The notes: generated from the sequence alone by a model not told the origin. Shown: positions 46,171-60,000, counted from the first letter of the stretch. The stretch: 64,000 nt of DNA from Balanoglossus misakiensis (GCA_040954595.2 CM082588.2:10338844-10402843), one strand, 5' to 3'. Program-made: numbers and translations.

Positions 46171-49100
46171 ACGGTAACAGTCCCTCTAATGTTATTGATT
46201 CTTTAATAGGCCACGCCAATGAAACTGAGATTGTGCTGGAAGGATCCTCGTGTATTGCGCTGATAGACACCGGGTCCATGGTATCTACTGTTGCTGACAC
46301 TTTTAACAGAGAGAAGCTACAGAAACCAATTCATGACCTGAACAACTTGGTGAAGGTAGAAGGGGCTAGTGGTACAGAAGTTCCTTACCTTGGTTATATT
46401 GAAGTTGAAGTGAAATTCCCAGATAGCCATGGACAAGAGATGTCTAAAGATGTATTATTGCTTGTTGTTGAAGACACGGAATATAATCAGATGGTTCCAG
46501 TTGTGATAGGCACAAATGTTCTCCAACATTTTGTGGATGAAGATACACAGTACAGTACAGATCTATCCTCAGTATGGAGACTAGCATACCAAGCGACTAT
46601 CCACCGGCAGAGGGCCGAAGGTAGGACATTTACAGTTACCACTACTAAACCCATAACCATTGGACCATACGAACGCACAGTCATCCATGGATTTTGCAGA
46701 GTGGACCTAAGAAATTGTCAATCAGTAGTTGTGGTGGAACCAGAAAATGACAGACTTTTACCTGGTGGTTTACTTGTTACTCCAGCCGTGTTGAAGTTAG
46801 AGCCTCGTGGTAATTCATGTCGAATCCCAGTAATGGTGACCAACTATGGAGCACGTGCTGTCACAGTTCCCCCTAAAAGCACCCTATGTAACATGAACTT
46901 AGCATCTAATGTCTCACAGCCTTTAGATCCATATGGAGATGATATTGATACAAACTCAGATGGGACCACCTCACCAAAAGTACCCGATTGGCTGATAAAA
47001 GACCTGGGATTACAAGAGGCAGATACAGAATTAACAGAAATCCAGAAAGACCAAGCCTTGGCTACCATTGGTAAATGGCAAACCGTGTTCTCTACAGGTG
47101 AGAGAGATTTGGGACACACAACATTGGTAACACATTCGATAAAGTTAACGGATGAAACCCCCTTTAAAGATAAATACCGTCGAATCCCTATGGGTATGTA
47201 CGAAGAATTGCAACAGTACCTGCAAGATATGCTACAGAGTGGTGTGATTAGAGAATCAAACAGCCCGTGGTCCTCAAATGTTGTATGTGTCAGAAAACCT
47301 GATGGGAAGCTGAGGGTGTGTATTGATTATAGACGTCTCAACGCCAAAACCATTAAAGACGCTTACGCATTACCCCGGGTATTGGATACGCTTGATAACC
47401 TTAGTAACGCCGAGTGGTTTTCATCGCTTGATCTACGGTCTGGATATTACCAAGTAGAGATGGCGGAAGACGACAAAGCGAAGACAGCTTTCACGGTGGG
47501 AAACTTCGGCTTATTTGAATTCAACCGTATGTCTATGGGTCTGACCAACGCACCTGCAACTTTCCAGCGTCTCATGGAGAAGTGTTTTGGAGAATTGGCG
47601 TTCAGAGAATGTTGTGTGTATTTAGATGACATCATAGTATTTTCGAAGACTTTTGAAGACCACCTCAATAGATTGGAGCGGGTATTCCAGCGGCTGGCAT
47701 CACATGGATTAAAGTTGAAGGCAACGAAATGTGTTTTATTCCAGAAGAAGGTGAAATATCTTGGACACGTGGTATCAGCCGACGGAATTACAACGGACCC
47801 AGACAAGGTAGCAGCTCTGAAGGAATGGCCAATACCCACTACTGTAACAGAACTGAGAAGATTTCTTGGATTTGCAGGGTATTACAGGAGATTTATCCAA
47901 AGCTACAGTAATATTGCCAAGCCACTTAACGACTTGCTGTGTGGACGTCAGTCAAGGAATAAGGCGGGAAAATTTGAAAAACTCCAGTGGGGACAACAGG
48001 AACAACAAGCTTTCGACACTCTGAGGAAGAGCCTAATGTCGTCACCAATACTAGCCTTTGCTGACTACTCACTTCCATTTGAAATACATACTGATGCAAG
48101 TTCCACAGGTCTGGGAGCAGTGCTGTATCAACGCCAGAAAGGTATTCTCAGAGTAATTGCCTATGCAAGTAGAGGACTCACCAAGTCTGAAAGTAATTAT
48201 CCAGCTCATAAATTAGAATTTTTGGCACTGAAATGGGCCGTCACCAAGAAGTTCAACGACTACCTGTATGGAAGCAAATTCACGGTGCATACAGACAACA
48301 ACCCTTTGACGTATGTGTTAACTTCTGCGAAACTGGATGCGGTGGGACACAGATGGTTGTCAGACTTGTCATTATACGACTTCTCTATTGTTTACCGGAG
48401 TGGTAAGAAGAATATAGAGGCTGACGCTTTGTCTAGGATTCCATGGAATAGAGAGAATCCAGAGACGGAAACCAATCTGGGAGCCGATGTAGTCCAGGCG
48501 CTTTGTCGAGCAACAGAAGGTCCATACGTAACTTCATTCGGAATGGTAGCAGATGAGGACAGACCTGCAGTAGTTCAAGGTGGGGATGATGTGTTCTGGA
48601 AGACGGAGCAGTCCAAAGATTCAACAATACGGTATGTGACTGATCAGCTTGAAAAGGACCACAAACCATTTATGAGAGATCATACAGGAGATATCAGACT
48701 ACTTATACGAGATTGGAAACGCCTTGTTCTGAAGAATGGAGTCCTATACAGGAAATGCTTCATCGATGATATACAATATTTGCAACTTGTCTTACCAGTA
48801 CACCATAGAAAAGATGTCCTGGAGGAACTACATGATAAACTTGGACACTTTGGCCAAGATAAAACCCTGGATCTGGTACGACGAAGATTCTACTGGCCTA
48901 GGATGTCGATGGATGTTCAAAAGAAAGTGGAACATTGTTTACCATGCATTCGCAGGAAAAGTTCAACTTCCTTACCCAGAACTCCCTTGGTTAATATTCA
49001 CACATCACAACCGATGGAAATGGTGTGCATCGACTTTCTCCATATACCAACACCAGATCAAGGATATAGCAACATATTAGTGATGACGGACCATTTCACT

Positions 49101-50381
49101 CGATACGCTATAGCAGTACCTACAAAGAACCAGTCTGCCAAAACAACTGCCAAAGCATTGTTTGAACATTTGATTTTGCATTATGGGTTCCCAGGACGAT
49201 TACACAGTGACCAGGGGCGAAACTTTGAGTCGTCTACAATTCAGGAACTTTGCCGAATAGCAAATATTAAGAAGTCCAGGACCACTCCATACCACCCCCA
49301 GGGAAATGGAATGTGCGAACGATTTAATAAGACGTTATTACAGATGCTTGGAACTATGAATGAAGACAACAAAACAAGATGGGCTTCACATGTCAATACG
49401 ATGGTTCATGCCTATAATTCTACAAAGCATGAAAGCACCGGATATTCACCTTTCTTTTTGATGTTTGGTCGTGAACCAAGACTGCCTATAGATGTATCTG
49501 GACATGCAGACCAGACCAACCTAGAATATGGTGGAACAGTTTCAGATTATGTGACGAAACTTGCCGAACGGTTGGATTACGCCTATAAAGTAGCAACGGA
49601 ACGGTCTGTTAAGTCTGGTGAACGGCAGAAGAAGTCATATGATAGAAAAGTGAAGGTGGCCATAATACAACCTGGTGATACTGTGTTGGTGAAGAATACA
49701 GGACCTAAAGACAATTACAAATTGGCAGACCAATGGGAAAAGGATCCATATACAGTGATTTCACAGCCCATAGAAGACATTCCAGTATACGTGGTACAAA
49801 AACAAGTTAAGGGTGGAAGGAAGCGGACACTACATAGAAATTTGCTACTCCCAATACCAATAATTCCGGACGAACTGGATGACGATGTTAACACCAAGAT
49901 GACGCAGCGTGATGTTAAGCAGAGTGTACCGGGTGTTATCAACGATGCTACCCAGGATGCAGTGGACGAAGAGGATGACGGCATTGGTAAATTGCAATTC
50001 GTGTCAACTATCAACTTGCCAACAGAACACAATGCTCTTAATCCTACTGCTGCAGAATTCATCCCATCCAGAAGAGAAAGTTCCCTGATGGACAACCCCA
50101 CAGGTATGGTTAATCCGGATGGACCTTCTCAAATACTTACCTCAGATTTCTCGAATCATATTTTGCAAAGTACGGATGGTTGGTCATCGAGCGATCCAGA
50201 TGGTATCACTCCTGCTACAACCAACATCAGTCCTGACTCCAGTAGTAGTACTCAACCTGAACCACGCTATCCTACACGACAGAGACGACCTCCAGATAGA
50301 TATAGTCCCGAACAATGGAATCTAAAACAGTTTGCTCATACGACTTTATCTTCTATACCATTTATTAATTGCCACTATTAA
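46122..50381 (+). CDS. pol: Pol polyprotein: aspartic protease, RT, RNase H, integrase (probably made as Gag-Pol)
   Basis: Uninterrupted frame (track ORF 46233-50381, 1382 aa): LIDTGS, RVCIDYRRLN, YLDDII, HTDASSTGLGAVL, HHCC zinc finger (LHDKLGH...CLPC), DDE core (CIDF, HSDQG, CERFN). Confidence 0.97.
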   Translation, partial: FKWGATRHPEGHALGRNGNSPSNVIDSLIGHANETEIVLEGSSCIALIDTGSMVSTVADTFNREKLQKPIHDLNNLVKVEGASGTEVPYLGYIEVEVKFPDSHGQEMSKDVLLLVVEDTEYNQMVPVVIGTNVLQHFVDEDTQYSTDLSSVWRLAYQATIHRQRAEGRTFTVTTTKPITIGPYERTVIHGFCRVDLRNCQSVVVVEPENDRLLPGGLLVTPAVLKLEPRGNSCRIPVMVTNYGARAVTVPPKSTLCNMNLASNVSQPLDPYGDDIDTNSDGTTSPKVPDWLIKDLGLQEADTELTEIQKDQALATIGKWQTVFSTGERDLGHTTLVTHSIKLTDETPFKDKYRRIPMGMYEELQQYLQDMLQSGVIRESNSPWSSNVVCVRKPDGKLRVCIDYRRLNAKTIKDAYALPRVLDTLDNLSNAEWFSSLDLRSGYYQVEMAEDDKAKTAFTVGNFGLFEFNRMSMGLTNAPATFQRLMEKCFGELAFRECCVYLDDIIVFSKTFEDHLNRLERVFQRLASHGLKLKATKCVLFQKKVKYLGHVVSADGITTDPDKVAALKEWPIPTTVTELRRFLGFAGYYRRFIQSYSNIAKPLNDLLCGRQSRNKAGKFEKLQWGQQEQQAFDTLRKSLMSSPILAFADYSLPFEIHTDASSTGLGAVLYQRQKGILRVIAYASRGLTKSESNYPAHKLEFLALKWAVTKKFNDYLYGSKFTVHTDNNPLTYVLTSAKLDAVGHRWLSDLSLYDFSIVYRSGKKNIEADALSRIPWNRENPETETNLGADVVQALCRATEGPYVTSFGMVADEDRPAVVQGGDDVFWKTEQSKDSTIRYVTDQLEKDHKPFMRDHTGDIRLLIRDWKRLVLKNGVLYRKCFIDDIQYLQLVLPVHHRKDVLEELHDKLGHFGQDKTLDLVRRRFYWPRMSMDVQKKVEHCLPCIRRKSSTSLPRTPLVNIHTSQPMEMVCIDFLHIPTPDQGYSNILVMTDHFTRYAIAVPTKNQSAKTTAKALFEHLILHYGFPGRLHSDQGRNFESSTIQELCRIANIKKSRTTPYHPQGNGMCERFNKTLLQMLGTMNEDNKTRWASHVNTMVHAYNSTKHESTGYSPFFLMFGREPRLPIDVSGHADQTNLEYGGTVSDYVTKLAERLDYAYKVATERSVKSGERQKKSYDRKVKVAIIQPGDTVLVKNTGPKDNYKLADQWEKDPYTVISQPIEDIPVYVVQKQVKGGRKRTLHRNLLLPIPIIPDELDDDVNTKMTQRDVKQSVPGVINDATQDAVDEEDDGIGKLQFVSTINLPTEHNALNPTAAEFIPSRRESSLMDNPTGMVNPDGPSQILTSDFSNHILQSTDGWSSSDPDGITPATTNISPDSSSSTQPEPRYPTRQRRPPDRYSPEQWNLKQFAHTTLSSIPFINCHY

Positions 50382-50440
50382 TCAAATATCTTTAACTTAC
50401 TTTAAATGACGAGGACGCCATTTCTCCTCGCAGGGGTGCG

Positions 50441-51082
50441 TGTAACGGCCTTGTTGATCCATTGAATTTGTATACATGTATATCTGTATGTATGTTATAC
50501 CTGTATCTTATAGTAATTAGTTATTCAATTATTCATATGACGTAATAGTACTTACCTTCAATTGGTTGATCTTAATTATATGCAAACCACCTGGAAGTTT
50601 CATTTGACCAATGAACACAAGCTAATCTGGCACTATGATGTAATTGCTGATATAAAAGGACATGGTGCATAAAATTGGTCAGTTCACCTCTGTAGCCAGA
50701 CCGGCCACACACGTTGGAACTGACATGTATTTGTTCCATTTCAGGTTAGTTTCCTTGTACCTTACCTGTTGCTTGAAGCTTTGTATTTTGGTGCATTCTA
50801 CCGACTCATTTCAGCACAAGTAATTGGTGTCTTTAACTTGCGTCAATTTTCCAATTGTATGTCTATATTTTTCACTTGCATGAATTTTGGTGTATTCTGT
50901 TGGAGGTGAACTCCCATACATGTGTGTAATTTAGCAGTTCACCTCTGTAGCCAGACCGGCCACACACGTTGGAACTGACATGTATTTGTTCCATTTCAGT
51001 TATTAAATGTAAGGCCTATGTCTTTGTTACCCGTAACCTGTTTGGTGTGAATATGTTGGAATGAACGGCGACAACCGTGACA
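50441..51082 (+). repeat. 3' LTR
   Basis: Copy of the 5' LTR, preceded by a short, atypical G-rich tract CAGGGGTGCG (candidate PPT). Confidence 0.97.
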
Positions 51083-54000
51083 AAATTTTAGAACTATCTC
51101 TCGATCTACAGAGTCTAGTGGAAAACTTTATTATGCACATAGGCCTATCTATGTATTATGCGCATCACAACAGAAATCGGTAAATAAACGAGGCTGTATT
51201 TGGAAGCAACCATGTAAATTTTACAACTATCCGTCGATCTACAGAGTCTGGTGGAAAACTTTCTTATGCGCATAGGCCTATTACGTGTTCTGCGCCTCAC
51301 AACAGAAATCGGTAAATAAACGAGGCTGTTTGGAAGCAACCATGTAAATTTTAGAACTATCCGTCGATCTACAGAGTCTAGTGGAAAAACGTTCATGTGC
51401 GCATAGGCCTATCATGTGTTATGCACATCACAACAGAATTTTGTAAACAAACGAGGCTTTGTTTGGAAGCAACAATGGAAATTTTAGAACTATCTGTCGA
51501 TCTACGGAGTATAGTGGAAAACGTTCATATGCGCATAGGCCTATATATGTGTTCTGCGCATCACAACAGAATTTTGTAAACAATCGAGGATGTGTTTGGA
51601 AGCAATCATGGAAATTTTAGAACTATCCGTCGATCTACAGAGTCTAGTGGGAAACTTTCTTATGCGCATAGGCATATGTATGTGTTCAGCGCATCACAAC
51701 AGAATTTTATAAATGAACGAGGCTGTGTTTGGAAACAACCATGGAAATTTTACAACTATCCGTCGATCTAAGGAGTCTGGTGGAAAACTTTCTTATGCGC
51801 ATAGGCCTATTACGTGCTCTGCGCCTCACAACAGAATTCGGTAAATAAACGAGGCTGTTTGGAAGCAACCATGGAAATTTTAGAACTATCCGTCGATCTA
51901 CAGAGTCTAGTGGAAAAATGTCTTATGCGCATAGGCCTATCATGTGTTCTGCGCCTCACAACAGAAATCGGTAAATAAACGAGGCTGTTTGGAAGCAACC
52001 ATGGACATTGTACAACTATCTTTCGATCTACGGAGTATAGTGGAAAACGTTCATATGCGCATAGGCCTATATATGTGTTCTGCGCATCACAACAGAATTT
52101 TGTAAACAATCGAGGATGTGTTTGGAAGCAATCATGGAAATTTTAGAACTATCCGTCGATCTACAGAGTCTAGTGGGAAACTTTCTTATGCGCATAGGCA
52201 TATGTATGTGTTCAGCGCATCACAACAGAATTTTGTAAATGAACGAGGCTGTGTTTGGAAACAACCATGGAAATTTTAGAACTATCTCTCGATCTAAAGT
52301 TGAAAAGTTTCTTATGCGCATAGGCCTATTACGTGTTCTGCGCCTCACAACAGAATTCGGTAAATAAACGAGGCTGTTTGGAAGCAACAATGGAAATTTT
52401 AGAACTATCCGTCGATCTACAGAGTCTAGTGGAAAAATGTCTTATGCGCATAGGCCTATCATGTGTTCTGCGCCTCACAACAGAAATCGGTAAATAAACG
52501 AGGCTGTTTGGAAGCAACCATGGAAATTGTACAACTATCCGTCGATCTACATAGTCTAGTGGAAAACGTTCTTATGCGCATAGGCCTATCTATGTGTTAT
52601 GCGCATCACAACAGAAATCGGTAAATAAACGAGGCTGTATTTGGAAGCAATCATGAAATTTTACAACTATCCGTCGATCTACAGAGTCTGGTGGAAAACT
52701 TCCTTATGCGCATAGACCTATTACGTGTTCTGCGCCTCACAACAGAATTCGGTAAATAAACGATGCTGTTTGGAAGCAACCATGGAAATTGTACAACTAT
52801 CCGTCGATCTACAGAGTCTAGTGGAAAACGTTCTTATGCGCATAGGCCTATCTATGTGTTATGCGCATCACAACAGAAATCGGTAAATAAACGAGGCTGT
52901 GTTTGGAAGCAACCATGGACATTTTAGAACTATCTCTCGATCTACAGAGTCTATAGTGGAAAACTTTCTTATGCACATAGGCCTATCTATGTGTTCTGCG
53001 CCTCACAACAGAAATCGGTAAATAAACGAGGCTGTTTAAAAGCAACCATGGAAATTTTACAGCTATCCGTCGATCTACAGAGTCTAGTGGAAACGTTCTT
53101 ATGCGCATAGGCCTATATATGTGTTCTGCGTATCACAACAGAATTTTGTAAACAAACGAGGCTGTGTTTGGAAGCAACCATGGACATTTTAGAACTATCT
53201 CTCGATCTACAGAGTCTATAGTGGAAAACTTTCTTATGCACATATGCCTATCTATGTGTTCTGCGCCTCACAACAGAATTCGGTAAATAAACGAGGCTGT
53301 TTGGAAGCAACCATGGAAATTTTACAACTATCCGTCGATCTACAGAGTCTAGTGGAAAACGTTATTATGCGCATAGGCCTATATATGTGTTCTGCGCATC
53401 ACAACAGAATTTTGTAAACAAACGAGGCTGTTTGGAAGCAACCATGGAAATTTTACAACTATCCGTCGATCTACAGAGTCTAGTGGAAAACGTTATTATG
53501 CGCATAGGCCTATATATGTGTTCTGCGCATCACAACAGAATTTTGTAAACAAACGAGGCTGTGTTTGGAAGCAACCATGGAAATTTTAGAACTATCTCTC
53601 GATCTACAGAGTCTAGTGGAAAACTTTATTATGCACATATGCCTATCTATGTGTTCTGCGCATCACAACAGAAATCGGTAAATAAACGAGGCTGTTTGGA
53701 AGCAACCATGGAAATTTTACAACTATCCGTCGATCTACAGAGTCTGGTGGAAAACTTTCTTATGCGCATAGGCCTATTACGTGCTCTGCGCCTCACAACA
53801 GAATTCGGTAAATAAACGAGGCTGTTTGGAAGCAACCATGGAAATTTTAGAACTATCCGTCGATCTACAGAGTCTAGTGGAAAAATGTCTTATGCGCATA
53901 GGCCTATCATGTGTTCTGTGCCTCACAACAGAAATCGGTAAATAAACGAGGCTGTTTGGAAGCAACCATGGAAATTGTACAACTATCCGTCGATCTACAG

Positions 54001-57000
54001 AGTCTAGTGGAAAACGTTCTTATGCGCATAGGCCTATCTATGTGTTATGCGCATCACAACAGAAATCGGTAAATAAACGAGGCTGTATTTGGAAGCAACC
54101 ATGGACATTGTACAACTATCCGTCGATCTACAGAGTCTAGTGGAAAACGTTCTTATGCGCATAGGCCTATCTATGTGTTATGCGCATCACAACAGAAATC
54201 GGTAAATAAACGAGGCTGTATTTGGAAGCAACCATGAAATTTTACAACTATCCGTCGATCTACAGAGTCTGGTGGAAAACTTCCTTATGCGCATATACCT
54301 ATTACGTGTTCTGCGCCTCACAACAGAATTCGGTAAATAAACGAGGCTGTTTGGAAGCAACCATGGACATTGTACAACTATCCGTCGATCTACAAAGTCT
54401 AGTGGAAAACGTTCTTATGCGCATAGGCCTATCTATGTGTTATGCGCATCACAACAGAAATCGCTAAATAAACGAGGCTGTATTTGGAAGCAACCATGAA
54501 ATTTTACAACTATCCGTCGATCTACAGAGTCTAGTGGAAAAATGTTTCATGCGCATAGGCCTATCATGTGTTCTGCGCCTCACAACAGAAATCGGTAAAT
54601 AAACGAGGCTGTTTGGAAGCAACCATGGAAATTTTACAGCTATCCGTCGATCTACATAGTCTAGTGGAAACGTTCTTATGCGCATAGGCCTATATATGTG
54701 TTCTGCGCATCACAACAGAATTTTGTAAACAAACGAGGCTGTGTTTGGTAGCAACCATGGACATTTTAGAACTATCTCTCGATCTACAGAGTCTATAGTG
54801 GAAAACTTTCTTATGCACATATGCCTATCTATGTGTTCTGCGCCTCACAACAGAATTCGGTAAATAAACGAGGCTGTTTGGAAATTTTACAACTATCCGT
54901 CGATCTACAGAGTCTAGTGGAAAACGTTATTATGCGCATAGGCCTATATATGTGTTCTGCGCATCACAACAGAATTTTGTAAACAAACGAGGCTGTGTTT
55001 GGAAGCAACCATGGACATTTTAGAACTATCTCTCGATCTACAGAGTCTATAGTGGAAAACTTTCTTATGCACATATGCCTATCTATGTGTTCTGCGCCTC
55101 ACAACAGAATTCGGTAAATAAACGAGGCTGTTTGGAAGCAACCATGGAAATTTTACAACTATCCGTCGATCTACAGAGTCTAGTGGAAAACGTTATTATG
55201 CGCATAGGCCTATATATGTGTTCTGCGCATCACAACAGAATTTTGTAAACAAACGAGGCTGTGTTTGGAAGCAGCCATGGAAATTTTAGAACTATCTCTC
55301 GATCTACAGAGTCTAGTGGAAAACTTTATTATGCACATATGCCTATCTATGTGTTCTGCGCATCACAACAGAAATCGGTAAATAAACGAGGCTGTTTGGA
55401 AGCAACCATGGAAATTTTACAGCTATCCGTCGATCTACAGAGTCTAGTGGAAACGTTCTTATGCGCATAGGCCTATATATGTGTTCTGCGCCTCACAACA
55501 GAATTTTGTAAACAAACGAGGCTGTGTTTGGTAGCAACCATGGACATTTTAGAACTATCTCTCGATCTACAGAGTCTATAGTGGAAAACTTTCTTATGCA
55601 CATATGCCTATCTATGTGTTCTGCGCCTCACAACAGAATTCGGTAAATAAACGAGGCTGTTTGGAAGCAACCATGGAAATTTTACAACTATCCGTCGATC
55701 TACAGAGTCTAGTGGAAAAATGTCTTATGCGCATAGGCCTATCATGTGTTCTGCGCCTCACAACAGAAATCGGTAAATAAACGAGGCTGTTTGGAATCAA
55801 CCATGGAAATTGTACAACTATCCGTCGATCTACATAGTCTAGTGGAAAACGTTCTTATGCGCATAGGCCTATCTATGTGTTATGCGCATCACAACAGAAA
55901 TCGGTAAATAAACGAGGCTGTATTTGGAAGCAATCATGAAATTTTACAACTATCCGTCGATCTACAGAGTCTGGTGGAAAACTTCCTTATGCGCATAGAC
56001 CTATTACGTGTTCTGCGCCTCACAACAGAATTCGGTAAATAAACGATGCTGTTTGGAAGCAACCATGGAAATTGTACAACTATCCGTCGATCTACAGAGT
56101 CTAGTGGAAAACGTTCTTATGCGCATAGGCCTATCTATGTGTTATGCGCATCACAACAGAAATCGGTAAATAAACGAGGCTGTGTTTGGAAGCAACCATG
56201 GACATTTTAGAACTATCTCTCGATCTACAGAGTCTATAGTGGAAAACTTTCTTATGCACATAGGCCTATCTATGTGTTCTGCGCCTCACAACAGAAATCG
56301 GTAAATAAACGAGGCTGTTTAAAAGCAACCATGGAAATTTTACAGCTATCCGTCGATCTACAGAGTCTAGTGGAAACGTTCTTATGCGCATAGGCCTATA
56401 TATGTGTTCTGCGTATCACAACAGAATTTTGTAAACAAACGAGGCTGTGTTTGGAAGCAACCATGGACATTTTAGAACTATCTCTCGATCTACAGAGTCT
56501 ATAGTGGAAAACTTTCTTATGCACATATGCCTATCTATGTGTTCTGCGCCTCACAACAGAATTCGGTAAATAAACGAGGCTGTTTGGAAGCAACCATGGA
56601 AATTTTACAACTATCCGTCGATCTACAGAGTCTAGTGGAAAACGTTATTATGCGCATAGGCCTATATATGTGTTCTGCGCATCACAACAGAATTTTGTAA
56701 ACAAACGAGGCTGTTTGGAAGCAACCATGGAAATTTTACAACTATCCGTCGATCTACAGAGTCTAGTGGAAAACGTTATTATGCGCATAGGCCTATATAT
56801 GTGTTCTGCGCATCACAACAGAATTTTGTAAACAAACGAGGCTGTGTTTGGAAGCAACCATGGAAATTTTAGAACTATCTCTCGATCTACAGAGTCTAGT
56901 GGAAAACTTTATTATGCACATATGCCTATCTATGTGTTCTGCGCATCACAACAGAAATCGGTAAATAAACGAGGCTGTTTGGAAGCAACCATGGAAATTT

Positions 57001-60000
57001 TACAACTATCCGTCGATCTACAGAGTCTGGTGGAAAACTTTCTTATGCGCATAGGCCTATTACGTGCTCTGCGCCTCACAACAGAATTCGGTAAATAAAC
57101 GAGGCTGTTTGGAAGCAACCATGGAAATTTTAGAACTATCCGTCGATCTACAGAGTCTAGTGGAAAAATGTCTTATGCGCATAGGCCTATCATGTGTTCT
57201 GTGCCTCACAACAGAAATCGGTAAATAAACGAGGCTGTTTGGAAGCAACCATGGAAATTGTACAACTATCCGTCGATCTACAGAGTCTAGTGGAAAACGT
57301 TCTTATGCGCATAGGCCTATCTATGTGTTATGCGCATCACAACAGAAATCGGTAAATAAACGAGGCTGTATTTGGAAGCAACCATGGACATTGTACAACT
57401 ATCCGTCGATCTACAGAGTCTAGTGGAAAACGTTCTTATGCGCATAGGCCTATCTATGTGTTATGCGCATCACAACAGAAATCGGTAAATAAACGAGGCT
57501 GTATTTGGAAGCAACCATGAAATTTTACAACTATCCGTCGATCTACAGAGTCTGGTGGAAAACTTCCTTATGCGCATATACCTATTACGTGTTCTGCGCC
57601 TCACAACAGAATTCGGTAAATAAACGAGGCTGTTTGGAAGCAACCATGGACATTGTACAACTATCCGTCGATCTACAAAGTCTAGTGGAAAACGTTCTTA
57701 TGCGCATAGGCCTATCTATGTGTTATGCGCATCACAACAGAAATCGCTAAATAAACGAGGCTGTATTTGGAAGCAACCATGAAATTTTACAACTATCCGT
57801 CGATCTACAGAGTCTAGTGGAAAAATGTTTCATGCGCATAGGCCTATCATGTGTTCTGCGCCTCACAACAGAAATCGGTAAATAAACGAGGCTGTTTGGA
57901 AGCAACCATGGAAATTTTACAGCTATCCGTCGATCTACATAGTCTAGTGGAAACGTTCTTATGCGCATAGGCCTATATATGTGTTCTGCGCATCACAACA
58001 GAATTTTGTAAACAAACGAGGCTGTGTTTGGTAGCAACCATGGACATTTTAGAACTATCTCTCGATCTACAGAGTCTATAGTGGAAAACTTTCTTATGCA
58101 CATATGCCTATCTATGTGTTCTGCGCCTCACAACAGAATTCGGTAAATAAACGAGGCTGTTTGGAAATTTTACAACTATCCGTCGATCTACAGAGTCTAG
58201 TGGAAAACGTTATTATGCGCATAGGCCTATATATGTGTTCTGCGCATCACAACAGAATTTTGTAAACAAACGAGGCTGTGTTTGGAAGCAACCATGGACA
58301 TTTTAGAACTATCTCTCGATCTACAGAGTCTATAGTGGAAAACTTTCTTATGCACATATGCCTATCTATGTGTTCTGCGCCTCACAACAGAATTCGGTAA
58401 ATAAACGAGGCTGTTTGGAAGCAACCATGGAAATTTTACAACTATCCGTCGATCTACAGAGTCTAGTGGAAAACGTTATTATGCGCATAGGCCTATATAT
58501 GTGTTCTGCGCATCACAACAGAATTTTGTAAACAAACGAGGCTGTGTTTGGAAGCAGCCATGGAAATTTTAGAACTATCTCTCGATCTACAGAGTCTAGT
58601 GGAAAACTTTATTATGCACATATGCCTATCTATGTGTTCTGCGCATCACAACAGAAATCGGTAAATAAACGAGGCTGTTTGGAAGCAACCATGGAAATTT
58701 TACAGCTATCCGTCGATCTACAGAGTCTAGTGGAAACGTTCTTATGCGCATAGGCCTATATATGTGTTCTGCGCCTCACAACAGAATTTTGTAAACAAAC
58801 GAGGCTGTGTTTGGTAGCAACCATGGACATTTTAGAACTATCTCTCGATCTACAGAGTCTATAGTGGAAAACTTTCTTATGCACATATGCCTATCTATGT
58901 GTTCTGCGCCTCACAACAGAATTCGGTAAATAAACGAGGCTGTTTGGAAGCAACCATGGAAATTTTACAACTATCCGTCGATCTACAGAGTCTAGTGGAA
59001 AACGTTATTATGCGCATAGGCCTATATATGTGTTCTGCGCATCACAACAGAATTTTGTAAACAAACGAGGCTTTGTTTGGAAGCAACAATGGAAATTTTA
59101 GAACTATCTCTCGATCTACTGAGTATAGTGGAAAACGTTCATATGCGCATAGGCCTATCATGTGTTATGCACATCACAACATAATTTTGTAAACAAACGA
59201 GGCTTTGTTTGGAAGCAACCGTGGAAATTTTAGAACTATCTCTCGATCTACAGAGTATAGTGGAAAACGTTCATATGCGCATAGGCCTATCATGTGTTAT
59301 GCACATCACAACATAATTTTGTAAACAAACGAGGCTTTGTTTGGAAGCAACCGTGGAAATTTTAGAACTATCTCTCGATCTACAGAGTATAGTGGAAAAC
59401 GTTCATATGCGCATATGCTATCATGTGTTATGCACATCACAACATAATTTTGTAAACAAACGAGGCTTTGTTTGGAAGCAACATTGGAAATTTTAGAACT
59501 ATCTGTCGATCTACGGAGTATAGTGGAAAACGTTCATATGCGCATAGGCCTATATATGTGTTCTGCGCATCACAACAGAATTTTGTAAATGAACGAGGCT
59601 GTGTTTGGAAACAACCATGGAAATTTTAGAACTATCTCTCGATCTAAAGTTGAAAAGTTTCTTATGCGCATAGGCCTATTACGTGTTCTGCGCCTCACAA
59701 CAGAATTCGGTAAATAAACGAGGCTGTTTGGAAGCAACAATGGAAATTTTAGAACTATCCGTCGATCTACGGAGTATAGTGGAAAACGTTCATATGCGCA
59801 TAGGCCTATATATGTGTTCTGCGCATCACAACAGAATTTTGTAAACAATCGAGGATGTGTTTGGAAGCAATCATGGAAATTTTAGAACTATCCGTCGATC
59901 TACAGAGTCTAGTGGGAAACTTTCTTATGCGCATAGGCATATGTATGTGTTCAGCGCATCACAACAGAATTTTGTAAATGAACGAGGCTGTGTTTGGAAA

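Larger units (their letters stand above)
43024..51082 (+). mobile_element. Full-length, intact Ty3/Gypsy LTR retrotransposon (8059 bp)
   Basis: Two 642-bp LTRs with TG...CA ends, 4-bp TSD AAAT (43020-43023 and 51083-51086), PBS, uninterrupted gag and pol in the order PR-RT-RH-IN. Confidence 0.98.

Noticed and set aside
44897-50325. Antisense and alternative-frame ORFs over gag-pol
   Set aside because: Short shadows of the long coding frames with no recognisable motifs.
49850-50440. env gene or chromodomain in the Gypsy element
   Set aside because: Only 59 bp separate the pol stop from the 3' LTR, and the integrase tail is low-complexity without chromodomain aromatic motifs.
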